Origin: Eledone cirrhosa
Lineage: Eukaryota
Direction of reading: 5' to 3'
NCBI GenBank assembly: GCA_964016885.1
Contig: OZ024742.1
Coordinates: 323,392,001 to 323,456,000, forward strand
DNA length: 64,000 bases
Part shown: in pieces, positions 22,986 to 40,397 of the stretch
Position numbering within the stretch: position 1 is the first letter of the stretch
How the letters are laid out: each line of letters begins with the position of its first letter
Made by a program: the position numbers and the translations under genes
Notes under the pieces: model-generated
The model's database searches: none
What the model saw: the letters and a program-made list of their open reading frames with translations, nothing else
What the model was told of the DNA's origin: nothing

Positions 22986-24647
22986 CGGCGGCGAAGATTC
23001 GAAACCGAATCTGAGCTTTCCCGCGTCTGGGACAAGCAGTGGTAAGTTGTTTACGCTCAAGAGACTAACCCCTTGGGAGAGGCTAAACACAGGTCAGAGA
23101 TGTTTACGCCTGACAGAAAATAGGTCAGAAGATATATCCATCTTTCTGACTTTTTTACGCTTGGCAAACTAATCCCTTGGGAGACTAACCAAAGTTCAGA
23201 GGATATATCTATCCTTCTAACTTCAACTCATATAAATACAGTGGTTGTTTACACCTCGACAGAAAAGAAGGGATATACAGACAAGACAAGTCGCATTTAC
23301 AGCTCTCGTCACGAAAAACCAGTCTGCCACTTATTCTCACCTTCCTGGCTGATCGCTGACTCCCACTGCAATACAAACAAGCAAATATACTGATACGCAC
23401 ACACGCATTCATAGTGAGTTCACACTGTTAGTATTTTTACACGCACCATTTCTGTTTATACATATTGTATCTTTCGGATACAGTACAAATTATATTATAA
23501 TCGTATTCTGTGATACTTGAATTTACGTGGCTCGAAGAGCCACCAAATTATTGTATGAATATTTTGTGTTATTGATTTTATCATTCAATATTCAAATTGA
23601 ATATTGTTATAATAAAATAAACTTTGTAACAACACAATCCTGGTATTTTTCTTTACATCGAAACCACCATACCAACAGTTACATCCATCCACTTATCATT
23701 ACAACCACACATAATATTCCGTTACATATATATATTTGTTATAAGAACAGATTAAAGTTTAAGCAAAGAATCGCTGCTTTCAACATTAACGGGAACTTCT
23801 GAAACTAAAAAATTTAATCTGTGAACGCAGAAGTAAATATTTCGAGAAACGCTGCAGCCGAAGGAAAACAGGAAGACGATATTTTGGTTCGTGAAGACAT
23901 TTCCGAACGAAAAATGAACGAAAAAAAAGCGAGGATAATACGTCGTTATGTGGACCGAGAAGAACAATTTTATGCAAAGACAAGACCAAGTTTATGGTAT
24001 AAATGGAGTCGTTAGACTAATATTCGATTTAAAATAACCGAATGATTTCCAGCCCCGGAGTTTAAGAATTATGTAAATAAAATTGAAAACGAAAATGACA
24101 GAGGTTATTAAAATAGTAAAAGTAAATAGTGAAGATTTAGGCCAGTACATACGTATGCGCCGACGGGCATACACATACATATACAAATACGCACACACAC
24201 CCACACACACGAACGCGCGCGTGTGTAAACCTTATGCATTTCTACAGTATTTTCAGCAAACTTAAGACATAGGTTACTTATGTACTCCGGATGGTCAAGG
24301 GCACTTTCATTTTTCCAGATATTGATTACGGCAGATAACCCCCTTCAAACGCCCCCTTGGAGTTGACTGAAGCACTGCAGTGCAATGCAACAAAACGTCA
24401 TAACTTCTGGAGTTCGCAACCGATTTTCCCAAAACTTGACACATGGGCTACGTTTGTTCTACAGATGAATGTGAACTCTCAAAATTGGCACATATTGAGT
24501 AGGGGACCTCTGGGGGCAGGAACCCCCTTTTGGAAAAAGCTGATGATTTTGTAAACGTATAGTTTTCGAAGCAGCACTGAAGTATTGACATACATGGTAT
24601 ACATAACTGCTATTTAATACCCGAGCAACGCCGAGTACCTCTGACAG
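22941..24647 (+). mobile_element. Possible non-autonomous Helitron-like element
   Basis: Starts TC(TA)n. A subterminal hairpin acccgagcaacgccgagt (24619-24636) is followed by ctgacag|t, a variant of the CTAG end. The 5' boundary is uncertain. Confidence 0.4.
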
Positions 24648-26169
24648 TTTTTAATAAAAGAAATATTTTTAAACAACGAAAAGGAAAATAATTCCACGTC
24701 TTCTAATTATGCACAGAATTATTAAATACAAAGGTATTTCCAGAGAATGTCTTCAACTATAACGTTAAAAATTCCAACTTACCTTAGTGTTTACGAACAG
24801 AGTAGCTAAGAGAACAAATATTTTATTGACAAGTACTCTTACACACACACATATATATGTATACGTTCGTAGAAACCTGTTAAGATGAAGAAGGTTAGCG
24901 TTGCTTTTCATCCTTATGGAGTCGATAAAATAAAGGACCAGTAACTCACTGAGGCCGATTTAATCGACTTTCCTCTTCCCTTCAAATTGCGGGCATGTGC
25001 CAAAAGTAGAAACATTTTAATGACGAAAAGGGAAAAGACGTTACGAAATTTATTTTTACAATTTTTTAAGCCTAACTTAAAAATTGTTATCATCATAATT
25101 TACCCCGTCGTCTGCATCCACGAGACAAATATTTTTATCTAAAATGTTAACTAAATTGACGCTTGAAGCGACTCATCATGCTTTAGTGAATGGTGAGAGC
25201 TAACTCTGTAAGAGAGACATGGATACATAGAAATTTCTTGTCTGCGCAAAAGATAATCAACTAAATACATATTTCTAGAGACTAAGTGGAAATTTCTTTC
25301 TATCCACGAGTCTGTCTCTCTCTTTCTTTCTCATTAACTCTCTCGGAGAAAGAGTTAATCCCCCTGATAATTTATTGTGAGATAAACGTGTTTAGAGCTT
25401 TACACTTATTTACAACACAAATAGCTTGGTGATGTTACTATATTATTGTGCTGTATAAAAGGAAATTCGAGATGAGAATCCTGTGTGTGAAGAGGCTTGT
25501 TCACGTAGACTTCGGTATGACAATATGAAGACATCTGCCTTATTTTGTACCATAGATTTGTAAGTATTGATATGTCAATATAATCTAATTTTAAGGGTTA
25601 CTACGTATGTTTATTTTTACATGTATTTTACAGAGGAGCTTAACTGAAAGGGAAAATAAATACTACGAAGAGTCTATACGAATGTAATGTTGATGTTTAG
25701 ATGATTAGTTACGTTAAGTAGCTTTTTTCAATTTCCATTCATTAAATATATTCAGGGCTACATTAACCATTAAGCAAAATAAGCACATGTTTAGAAGACC
25801 AAGGGGAAAAAATGCACCGCTTCATTCAAATTAAATGTATTTGTCATTAAAAAAAGAAAAAATTGTTGACTTGGGAAGTGCTTACTGCCTGAAAAGAACT
25901 TATCCCAGTCCTGAATGTATTTTAACTAAAGCATTTTTTTTTACCGTGAGGAAGGCGTCTGAGAATAATGTTTTCTTAATATTTCTCCTTTCTAGTACGA
26001 ATGTATACATATATATATTATTATACATTTATTCGTTTAAACATATATGTTAGGATGTTCGAGGAGCTCTATTTAGAAACATCACACGATACTTCTCCAT
26101 ATCAACAAGCAGCTGAACGAATGAATGCAATCCTATGTTTACTAAGTACATAAATATTTCATATGAAAA

Positions 26170-26416
26170 TATAGAATCAAAACGAAAGAAAATATTAAGT
26201 CAACTCTAAGTGTGTCAATCGGTCACACATCACTAGAGGTGCCGGAGCCTCCCTCTAATTCTTTTTGAGGCAAGCCAACACACTGGCAGCGTTATCACGG
26301 GTGATAGCGAGGCTAAGGCGCTGGAACAACCAAGCACCCTCACGGGCATTATCTAACACCTCGGTAAGGCGAGCCGCCAACGATGACAAAAGCTTCGTTG
26401 TCAGCGACCCAACTCA
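26170..26416 (-). mobile_element. CRE-clade non-LTR retrotransposon 3' fragment
   Basis: Minus strand translates LLSSLAARLTEVLDNAREGAWLFQRLSLAITRDNAASVLACL*, matching the QRLS.A..RGNA C-terminus of CRE-type elements. Confidence 0.7.
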
Positions 26417-26619
26417 ATTTAAGTGGGGAATTTTTTTGTTTTTCGTGTGCTACCAATTAATCTAACTTCCAAGATGCTAGAAATCAAGTTTTTGGTAGAC
26501 GTATAGAATAACGAACCGATGTAAGGGACATAATTTGAAAAAAAACCCAGTTTTTTCGAAATGAATGAGTGTAATGAAAGAACAAATGCAGTTCCAACAA
26601 TTCTTGTTTTTAAATCAAC

Positions 26620-27010
26620 CTCCTGAACTTCTACAATAAAATTCCACTCACATGCAGGATACACAGCACAAGTTATCTTGTGAGGATAAACAGCTGACCA
26701 AATATTCACTCTGCGACAAGCCTTCGATAAATCATGGGAGTATTGCCAAGAGGTGTATACTTGTTTTATGAACCTTGAAAAGGCATACGACTGCTTTCCA
26801 TGGGATTCGTTGTGGAAGGTTCCGCAGAAATATGAGATCAACAGACAGTTTCTTGTTGCCTTAAAGTCGCTATATGAATGCACTAGTATTTGTGTTCAAA
26901 TAAATGATGCTATGTCAAAACCATTCTAAGTGGATATCAGTCTCCTTCAGAGGTGCATATTGTCACTTTTCCTGTTCATAATCCTTGTGAACAAGATTGA
27001 CATGTGCAGC
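26620..27010 (+). mobile_element. Decayed RTE reverse-transcriptase fragment
   Basis: TADQIFTLRQAFDKSWEY...CFMNLEKAYD...LKSLY...LLQRCILSLFLF, with an internal stop. Confidence 0.75.
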
Positions 27011-27783
27011 CGGTTTGGAAGTGTTATCTTTAGGCATAGTGCTACTTAACTCATCAAAAGGTGATCTCGGAAATGTATTGGATATGTTTGCTACACAGTA
27101 GAAATGAAATTTTGTGCTGCAAAGACAGAGACATTCACCCTCTTGAATCAAAAACTTAAAAGGCTTAACTGATTTATCATCATTCATCATCATTTTATGT
27201 CCACTCTCAATGGATTGGACTGGCCATAAGTCTGAACTAAACTGATTAGAGAACCATGATGAGTCTTACATTTTGTAGTTGGCATGGTTTCTACAGCTGG
27301 AAGACGTTATAATGCCAACCACATTACAAAGTGTACTAAGTGCATTTTATCATGACATCAGCACTAACACTTTACAGTTTACAGGGTTTAATTTTTCATG
27401 ACACCAGTCATAATAGTCATAATAATTTTATCCTTTTATATCTTTCAAATCATTTATCTAGAATACATTGTTTCTTCATTTCAGGTTATATGGACATGAA
27501 GATTTTTTATTTTAAATACATCAACATATTTGTCATCTTTTGAAGATGAAAGGAAGGCTATATGAAAAGAATATGTAACACTTAATTTTATTCATCAACA
27601 TCACAATTATCCTCTACACATAAAATTATTTGAATCTCAGGTTCAAATATGAGGATGTGATATAATGTTAATTTTTCTGATCAAACATTGCAGAAAACAG
27701 AAGAAATCCTATTTCTTTGATATCAATGTAGAAATTAATTAATTTAAAATAAATTAAATAACATTTATGGTGAAAGATTCACT

Positions 27784-28906
27784 ATGAGCAGTTTGTTATC
27801 ACAAACAAGAGAAAAAACATCACTGTGATACCTGTGGTAAATCATTCTCTGATAGAAGTAACTTAACTAATCATGTACGTATTCATACTGGAGAGAAGCC
27901 ATATCATTGTAATATATGTGATAAATCATTTGCTCAGAAGCGTTACTTAACTACACACCAATATATTCATACTGGAGAGCAACCATATCACTGTGATATT
28001 TGTAGTAAATCATTCTCTGAAAAGAGTAACTTAACTAAACATGTACTGATCCATACAGGAGAGAAACCTTATGAATGTGATACATGTGATAAATCATTTT
28101 CTCAAAGAAGTTCCTTAAAAATACACAAACGTATTCATACAGATGAGAAACCATATCATTGTGATATTTGTAACAAATCATTTTCTCAAAAAACTATCTT
28201 AACTACACACAAATATATACATACAGGTGAGAAGCCATATAGCTGTGATATCTGTGATAAAATATTTACTGATACAAACCAAGTAACTAAACACCGACGT
28301 ATTCATACTGGAGAGAAGCCATATCACTGTGATACCTGCGATAAATCATTCTCCCACTACTTAACTTCACACAAATGTATTCCTGAAGGAGAAGAGCGAT
28401 ATTCCTGCGATATCTGTGGTAAAATATTCCTACATATAAATATCTTAACTGAACACATACGTGTTCATACAGTAGAGAAGCCATTTCAGTGTGATATCTG
28501 TGGTAAATCATTCTCTGAAAGAAGTCCCTTAACAAAACATGTACGTATTCATACTGGAGAGAAACCATATCAGTGTGATATATGTGATAAATCATTTTCT
28601 CAAAAAGGTCACTTGAATACACACCAATATGTACATACAGGAGAGAAGCCATATACCTGTGATATCTGTGGTAATTCATTTTCTCAAAAAAGTCACTTAA
28701 CTACACACAAACATATTCATACAGAGGAGAAACCATATAGCTGTGACATCTGTGGTAAATCCTTTTCTGAAAGGAGGCATATAACCAGACATAAAAAAAT
28801 TCATACAGGAGAGAAGACACATAACTGCGATATCTGTGGTAAATCATTCACTTACAGATTTCAGCTAAACAAACACAAACATTCTAGAGAGAAATCCAGT
28901 CATTGA
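27784..28906 (+). pseudogene. Poly-C2H2 zinc-finger gene (ZNF-C): 13 fingers, frameshifted just after the start codon (pseudogene or assembly indel)
   Basis: ATG at 27784 (MSSLLSQTREK, homologous to MRGLISTTEEK) is out of frame with a stop-free, ATG-less frame 27788-28906 ([27 protein letters not shown]...[17 protein letters not shown]). The shift lies at the A6 run 27812-27817. Confidence 0.88.
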
Positions 28907-29024
28907 TATCTTTTCATACACAAGATATCTTTTTAATTCACATGAACTTATTCTTACAAAGTAGCCATTCATCTTGCCATAAAGATATTTTCAAGAGAAG
29001 CCATATCACTTGTAGTTATTGCCC

Positions 29025-29405
29025 TTATCCCTACCCAGCCCCTGTTCACACTTTAGGGTGGTCATTTTGGTGCTACAACAAAAGGTGACCAGTTCACACT
29101 GTAGAATGGTTGTGTTGGTATCACAACAAAAAGCACCCAGCCCACACTGCAAAGTGGTCGTTCTGGTGCCACAATAAAAAGCATCCAATCCACACTGTAA
29201 AGTGTTTGTGTCGGTGTCATGACAAAAAGCACCCAGCCCGCACTGTAAATGTGGTTGGCATTAGGAAGGGCATCCAGCCATAGAAACCAAACCAGAAACA
29301 GTTCTGTATGAGCAAGACATGGTCACCTGACCTGACTTGCTTTAAATGGGACAGCTTGTCTAACCCATGCTAGCATGGAAAATGGACATTAAACGATGAT
29401 GATGT
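29025..29405 (+). mobile_element. RTE 3' UTR fragment with ~46-bp internal repeats, downstream of ZNF-C
   Basis: About five cacactgtaaagtgg...acaaaaagcacccag units, then ggttggcattaggaagggcatccag and ggacattaaacgatgatgatg. Confidence 0.75.
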
Positions 29406-30004
29406 TTACACACTATAGAAACCATATCATTGTTATCTTTATCTAAAAGAAATATGTTCCTTTCAATTGACAGAAAAAATCTTCATTTTATGAGATCTGT
29501 GGCTAAATAATTTTTAGAAATAGTCCATTAACTTAGTCAAAGTGGAGAAGAGCTACACCCATGAGTTTGTGTAGTCTTGTAGGGAAGTGAAAGGAACAAA
29601 CTTCAAGTTTTGTGTTGCAGCACAGCAAGATATTGAGTTATTTCCAGACCAGATGATGCTTACAACAAAGTAAATTCTGCTAAAGGCACTTAAAGGCTGG
29701 ACGGTGGTGTTAAACTTAGTGTTGGATTAATTCTAAACCCCCCCACCCCCCATTAGATACAGTCTTCTCCATAGTTAGTTTCTGTCTATTCTATTTCACT
29801 CTCAATGCATAGGTTGGCCTAAGACTACAAAATATCTTTATTGAGGATGATGCACAGTGGTTAGTGGTATCAAACGCAGAACCATGTGATTGTAAAACAA
29901 ACTTCTCAACCACTTGGTTATGTTGATATAATCAATGATAAGGAGAGGCATTTTTTAGATAATTTTTTTTTACTTTCATTGCAAATGAATTAAATGATTT
30001 TAAA

Positions 30005-30447
30005 TGGATTTCTAATTTAAGCAGAAGGCCAGCAATTTAAGGGAAGAGAAAGTCGGTTATATCGACCCCAGTGTTTGACTAGTACTTTATTTTATCTAAC
30101 CCAGCAAGATGAAAAGCAAAGATGACCTCCACAGGATCTGAACTCGGAATGTAAAAAGTAAACAAATACTGCTACGCATTTGTCTGATGCTCTAACGATT
30201 CTAGCAATCGAATGCCAGATTAATGGATTAAATAATGATTTCTAGTATAGGCACAAGGCCAGTAATTTGGGGAGAAGGGAAAGTCGATTAAATCAACCCC
30301 AGTACATTACTGGTGCTTTATTTTATCGACCCCATGAGGATGAAAGGCAAAGTTAACCTCGGCGGGATTTGAACTCAGACCGTAAAGGATCGTAACTCTA
30401 TGCTGCAAAGCATGGTGTCCGACTCTCTACCAATACTGCCAATCCAT
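30005..30447 (-). mobile_element. Two tandem tRNA-derived SINEs
   Basis: Two consecutive minus-strand copies containing tcgacccc...gatgaaaggcaaag...ggatttgaactc. Confidence 0.75.
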
Positions 30448-32324
30448 TTTATCTGATTTTTATCATAACCACATTAGCAGTAGAAGAATTTTAAGTTAGA
30501 ATTGTGGGAAAAATGTTCATTCTCTAATCTATTCTTCCAAATACAAATATAATAAAACTGATGCTAAATTATGAATGTTTTCTTTCACTTATTTTACCTG
30601 ATATATTGATAATTATATGAAAGATACTTTTTATATATTTGACAATGTATCAAATTACTCTTTTCCAAAATCCATGTTGTTTGTTTGTTATTTCTATTTT
30701 GTTTTCCTTTTATTTTATGTAAATGTGTATGTGTGTGTATTAACTGAATTAATGATTGATGTTCAACATGAAGTTGGAGAAAATCAGAGTTTGTTGAGAG
30801 TTGAGTGGAGTATAGTCTCTGCCTGTTGGAAATATGAAGAGACATAAAATTGTAAAACACAAACATGACAAGCCTTAACTGTTAGCACTGTTTAGGGAGA
30901 ATGGCAGTGACAGTGGTTAATATTTTTTTTATATCTTTTATTTTTTTCTTCTGTTGGTTCCTTTTTAACACACCCTATCTGCACTCCCCCATCCTGCCCT
31001 ACACTAATGATTTCCTTTCCTACATCACATTCAAGAACATTCAAAATCTTAAGAAATTGTTCAGTGTTTTAGTTAAATGGTGTTTTGTATGAAAATCTTG
31101 TATAATCCTTTTTAGTGAGTGCTGCTTGGTTTGGTTGTGTTGGAAGTGCAGCTTCAATGAGACTTGTCTGTGAGCAGGTATGGTGAAGCTGTAATGCAAG
31201 AAGCGGCAGCTTTTGATAGTTTTAAATCTTATTATTTTCACTTAGCTATTTACTCTCTATATTCTTGTGTTCCAGAGATGTGGGTTCAGACTTTACCCAC
31301 CCACCATCTACTATGACTAAGTCATATTGAATGTGTTCTGGCTGTGATGTAGATGTAGTCAAAGTAAAGGTACTGATTTTCCTATGTATGACATAGTAAT
31401 ACAGCACCTCGATTTATAGGTGTGTAGGTTATGACCTTGGCTGCATGTATGTACTTGTTTCAACATAATCGATTGAGTCAGTTGTGAATTATTGCTGTTT
31501 ATGTACAGACATGTTTATAACTTCTGTTATTTTTGTGATGCAGAAAAATATTGTACACAATCAAATTTTTTTCTGTGAAACTCAACTAATCCTCCAACAA
31601 AACATTTAATTCTTGAACACAAGCTTATAGAGATGCTACTCTATCGAGACGTAAGGTTTTTTAGCGGCACAAAGCTTTCAAAGAGGGTCAAGAAAATATT
31701 AAGACAAACCTCAATCTCATCAACAAATGAACAAAATTTTGAGATTTTTCTCTGACTCTGTTTAATTTACAAGTTGGAAACTCAGTACATAGACTTTAAT
31801 CAGCAGTAACATTAACATAGCACGGTTCATAATAGGGGTGTATATGAAGGCACATACGATATGTTTATGATTAATAAACATACGAGGGCCTCATTATGAA
31901 TGTTTTAAGTTGTGATCATTTCTGGTGCAAAATATTATGAATCACACGATTTTATTGCTAATTAATCGTAGACAATCGAGTTATCACAATATGCAAATGA
32001 ATATTGCTAGCCGATGTTTCATATGCAAAATAGCATATAAGTTTTTGGCTTATTCTTGTCTCAGTACTGAGTAAATATCACCCTGACAGATAAAAATCCT
32101 GAAACACATGCCTGGCATTCTCACCGGCTAGTGGGATAGCATTGATGATCCCAGTTTAAAACATTCATAGCGATACTCTTGTATTTTTTTCTCTTCTCAT
32201 AAGTGTTATTCACAATTGTATAAATAACATTACAAATTGTTTATAAATGTTACAGAATGAAAATATACACACAAATTATATATACAAAACTTAATAACAT
32301 AAACATTAGACATGAAATTATAAA

Positions 32325-32853
32325 TTCAAAACGAAAGAAAATATATTATAATCATGATGTTTAACATAAAAATGGAACTCATAGAACCTTATAAATATAA
32401 TACACAAAAATATACAAGCGAAAGAAAAAAAAAAACATCAATTCCACACTAAGTGCGTCAATCGGTCATACACCACAAGAGGCTTCGGAACCTCCCTCTA
32501 ATACTTTTCGAGGCAAGCCAACATGTTCGTAGCATTACCGCGGCTGATGGCGAGGCTAAAGCGCTGAAACAACCAAGCACCTTCACATATATCATCTGAT
32601 ACTTCGGTAAGGCGAGCCTCTAACGATGAATTCGCTGTCTGGCCCACCCCCCTCAAACGTCTCGGATACCATTAGGTCCCGATACTTTAGGATTTTATTC
32701 CGTTCGGCTACGGAAGCAGTGACCCTCACATTTACCGTAGCACCCAGGATGTGGGAGGGAGCAAGAGAGTCAAAGTGTGGAGTCCCAGATGAGACATCTA
32801 CTTCTTAACCAGGGACAAAGTGTAAGATCATCTGGTGTCTTCTCATCAATTCT
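32325..32853 (-). mobile_element. CRE-clade element 3' fragment with restriction-like endonuclease domain
   Basis: Minus strand reads RIDEKTPDDLTLCPWLRSRCLIWDST/DSLAPSH...AERNKILKYRDL...WLFQRFSLAISRGNA, with frameshifts. Homologous to 26170-26416. Confidence 0.75.
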
Positions 32854-35800
32854 GGATATAGATAATATACATATTATATATGCCTTCATATACACCCGTA
32901 TTGTGGGTTTTAGTTATCTGCAACTCTCATTAAAAACATATTTCCTTTATTAGACAGACATGAAGATTTCATATCACAGTCATGCAAATATTTCGTATTC
33001 TCGGCAGACAAAATACCGAATGCATTACTCCGGAGAATTGCGAAGAAGTTGGCTGAGAGAGGCTTTCCCTCTCGCAGGGATAATTTCTACGGGTGGCAGT
33101 CTTTATCGCGATCAAACTGAGTACGCGGATAGGACTTAAATTGGCATCTCTATTTTTATGAGGCTTTCTCACACACACATATATATATATAAAACACTCT
33201 TCTCTGTATATCACATATACAAAGAGTTAGTTCCCCCTGATAGATTTTTTTTCTTTTTTTTTTTAGATTACTTCAACACTTCTTTATTATCATAAGGTTA
33301 TCAGATGTGAGATAACAACTTATGTAGAGATCTGTAGTAATTTGCATAAAAAAGACGGCATTGATTGTGTTTACTTTATGACTTTGTAGTTTATAAAGAA
33401 TTTCAAGAACTGGAAGTTTTATGCTGTGCGGCTTAGTTTGCCTCTCGTGGGCTTTAAAATCTGACCGAATGAGGACATCTGCCATATTTCACATTATGTC
33501 TATATTGATTTGTAAGTATTGTTAATATATCAATGCTTATTATATATAGTCCATCTTATGTTTTTAACTACGCCTATTTCTTTTTATATGTTGTTATCTT
33601 TCACAAAGGAATTTAATAGAAAGGGGGAAAATATATATATTTTAAAATTGATAATTTATATGAAAGTTGATGTTTGACTAGATTAGTTAGGCCTGTGCTA
33701 AGATGGGTTTCAGTTGTTTTGGCGGCGGCAGGCGGAAGAATTTTTCATTACGTTGTGCTGCGATCGGCTTGTTTGTTTAATTAACAGTTTCAATATCGAT
33801 GTACCTTTGTTGTGAAGTAAAATAAAAGAATTTATTCAATTAATTTTCTTTTTCATTATTCAAAATACTATAATTTTTTGTTATTTTAAGGTAAAATAAT
33901 AGAAACTGTTCAATTTACTTTTTTCGGTAAAATACTTTTCATATTTTCTTTCTTTCTTTCTTTCTTTCTTTATTAATTTATGAATTAAACTAGTCAATTT
34001 TTTCAACAATCAGAAGTTTAAATAACAGAAAATAAGACAAATTATTCAATTTCTTTTATCGGCTGGATGTTAAAAGATTAATTATTATCCAATATCTTTT
34101 CAAACAGTCTAGGATTAGATAACAGAAAATGTGGGAAATAAGAATAGGTTCACAAAAACTTTTAAAGAATTTTTCATTTTTATGTAAAAAAAATGAAAAA
34201 AATCAGTTTTATTAATATTTAACCATCGCTCACAATGAGTTAAAATGTGTTCTCTTAAGAACTGTCCTTATGAACTCTTCCGAGAAGATCTACGGTCTTG
34301 GTCATCAATGTTACCTTACATCTGAAACTCCGTTGAAAGTTGGATCCAAAAATAGAAGCTTAACATCCCAAAATAAAGTTAAGCTGAGACCTCAAAAGGT
34401 AGAAGTTCAAGTGATACCATCTCTTAGCTATACTGGATGCTTGGAGAAGATTCTAGCCAAGATTTTTTTCTTACCATTTTATGATCTTTTTAACTAACCA
34501 AGATGCGGTGAATTGATGGAGTCGTTCGAACATCGGATTAAACTGCTTCGTTGTATTTGCTCCGGTTCTATGCGCTGTGAGTTCAAATTCCTCCAAGCTT
34601 AACTTTACCTTTTTGGAGTCGATAAATAAAGTATGAGTCAAGGGTGGTGGATTGGTGGAATTGTTACGGCGTCGGATATGATGTCTTCCTGTATCTCTTT
34701 CGACTCCTTGAGTTCTGAGCTCGCCTGCATCATCACTCGTGTCATGTCATATCGATCTTTGGTTTCACTTGGACAATATCATGGATGGATGACTGTTGGT
34801 CTTCCACAAAAAAAAAAAAACTTGCCCAGATCTCCATTTTAGAGAGGAACTTTCCAAATGGGATCTATCAGCTAACCAACTCAATTCAAAGCTCCCTTCA
34901 ACACAAGTATTGCAAATCAACGGCTCAAAGGAGCGAACAGGTTCAACCTGATCGAAGAACCCTGTGTGAATAATTTCAATGTAATTGTACCAATGAGTCC
35001 AACGGCGAAAGATTTTGAAATACATCATCCTTTGTTTGTATTTCACATTGATAAAGCACATCTGCGTGAAAATATCAAATACAATGGAAGAAACGTGTTT
35101 CTTGGAGATCAAAAACCTACAAAAGATCAGCTAAATTTAGTGAGAATGTGAAGTGTAACACTAGTTGACTAGTTGTTGCTCCGTGAATATTTGGCTTTGG
35201 AATGTGTGAGCAGCAAGTAAACTGTAGCTACGGAACTGTAAAACCTCGTCTTTTTAAAAAGTTCATTTGCATGATGCCTATAGTGCATCTGGTAGTGTCG
35301 CTTTGTCAGATCAGTGGGGAGTGTATGGTAATATTAGAAGATGAGGATCTTTAGCATTATGATGTCACCCACAGTCAGTCTGTTGATCCTGTCAGTGGAG
35401 TACACACTTAAAATTTTAAACGAAAATTGAAGATCTGGGCATGAAGAGAAAAATAGTATATATTTGAGACACTGCAGAATAATAGCAGAAATCGTCTGCG
35501 AGGAAAAGGTCAAATTTATGGTGAGAGTTTTAGCCGTGAATTGCCTCATCTTTCGCTATAGAACTTCTGGGCGTTGGAAGGAATGAGATATTTTTCCATA
35601 TTTAACATTCGACTGACTGTTAGAAAAACGGAATAATTTTTATTTTTATTTAAAAAGAATTTGATATGATACGTAATCAAGACACTCACATCGAAAGATA
35701 TGAGACCAGAGCATAACTACAGTTTATTGACTGTGCTCCTCTCGACTTTGTTTCCTCAACTTTATTAATCTATATTATAAAGCTGAGTGTCGTGTGTATT

Positions 35801-36022
35801 ATGTATGTATGTATGTATCCTACACACCTCCCTATAGTTTCTTAGCTTTACTCTCTCCGTCGCTCTTCTCTCTCTCTCTATAATAGATCATTCCCCCTCT
35901 CTATAATTTAACTGCTTTACTCTCTCTGTCGCTCTTCACTCTCTATATGACAACACTGTTTCAGTTTCCGTATCTCCCTGCTTTCCAATGACGTTAAATC
36001 AAGTATCGGCATTAAAATAATT

Positions 36023-36129
36023 GTTTCTACTTTAGGCACAAGGCCAGCAATTACCCAGTGCATTACTGGTACTTTATTTTATCGACCCCGTAAGGATGAA
36101 AGGCAAAGTCAACCTCGGCGGGATTTGAA
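36023..36129 (-). mobile_element. 5'-truncated SINE with 15-bp TSD
   Basis: Same family as 7871-8055; cggcattaaaataat at 36008-36022 and 36130-36144. Confidence 0.8.
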
Positions 36130-36205
36130 CGGCATTAAAATAATGATCAAATGTAGCGGTGATTGAATCATAAGTAACGCACACACATACTTTTACACCT
36201 GATTT

Positions 36206-36405
36206 NNNNNNNNNNNNNNNNNNNNNNNNNNNNNNNNNNNNNNNNNNNNNNNNNNNNNNNNNNNNNNNNNNNNNNNNNNNNNNNNNNNNNNNNNNNNNNN
36301 NNNNNNNNNNNNNNNNNNNNNNNNNNNNNNNNNNNNNNNNNNNNNNNNNNNNNNNNNNNNNNNNNNNNNNNNNNNNNNNNNNNNNNNNNNNNNNNNNNNN
36401 NNNNN
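36206..36405. other. Assembly gap (200 N)
   Basis: Run of N; the true size is unknown. Confidence 1.
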
Positions 36406-36662
36406 ATTATTTTATATATATATATATACATATATATATATAATAACTAGAAATTGATTAACATATAAATAAACATGAATAATCACAGGAGATAATTTTT
36501 ACAAGTGTGTAACCACACATAGCTAGGTAGATAACTAAATAAAGTTGACCAGAACTTCAAAAATAGATACCTTATGATATGATTAATCTTCCCTGTATAT
36601 ATTCCATTAAAGAAATATATTTCACCAATTAATCGGATGGTAAACCACGGAAGTGGAGACTA

Positions 36663-36803
36663 ATTTCTACAGCTGAGTAAGCTGGAGCAACGTGAAATAG
36701 TGTGTCTTACTCAAGGAAACAACACATCGCCCGGTCTGAGAGTTGAACTCACAACCTTTCGATTGCGAGCCCAATGCTCTAACCACTAAGCCATGCGCCT
36801 TCA
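36663..36803 (-). mobile_element. 5' half of the CORE-like SINE
   Basis: Reverse complement matches 7219-7360 (A box, B box and core). Confidence 0.8.
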
Positions 36804-36870
36804 CCTGTTGGGACCTGACAGCTGAGCTATTGCCATTTCAACAGCTAGCTCCATACTGATTGCTGAAGGG

Positions 36871-40395
<3,525 letters not shown>

Positions 40396-40397
<2 letters not shown>

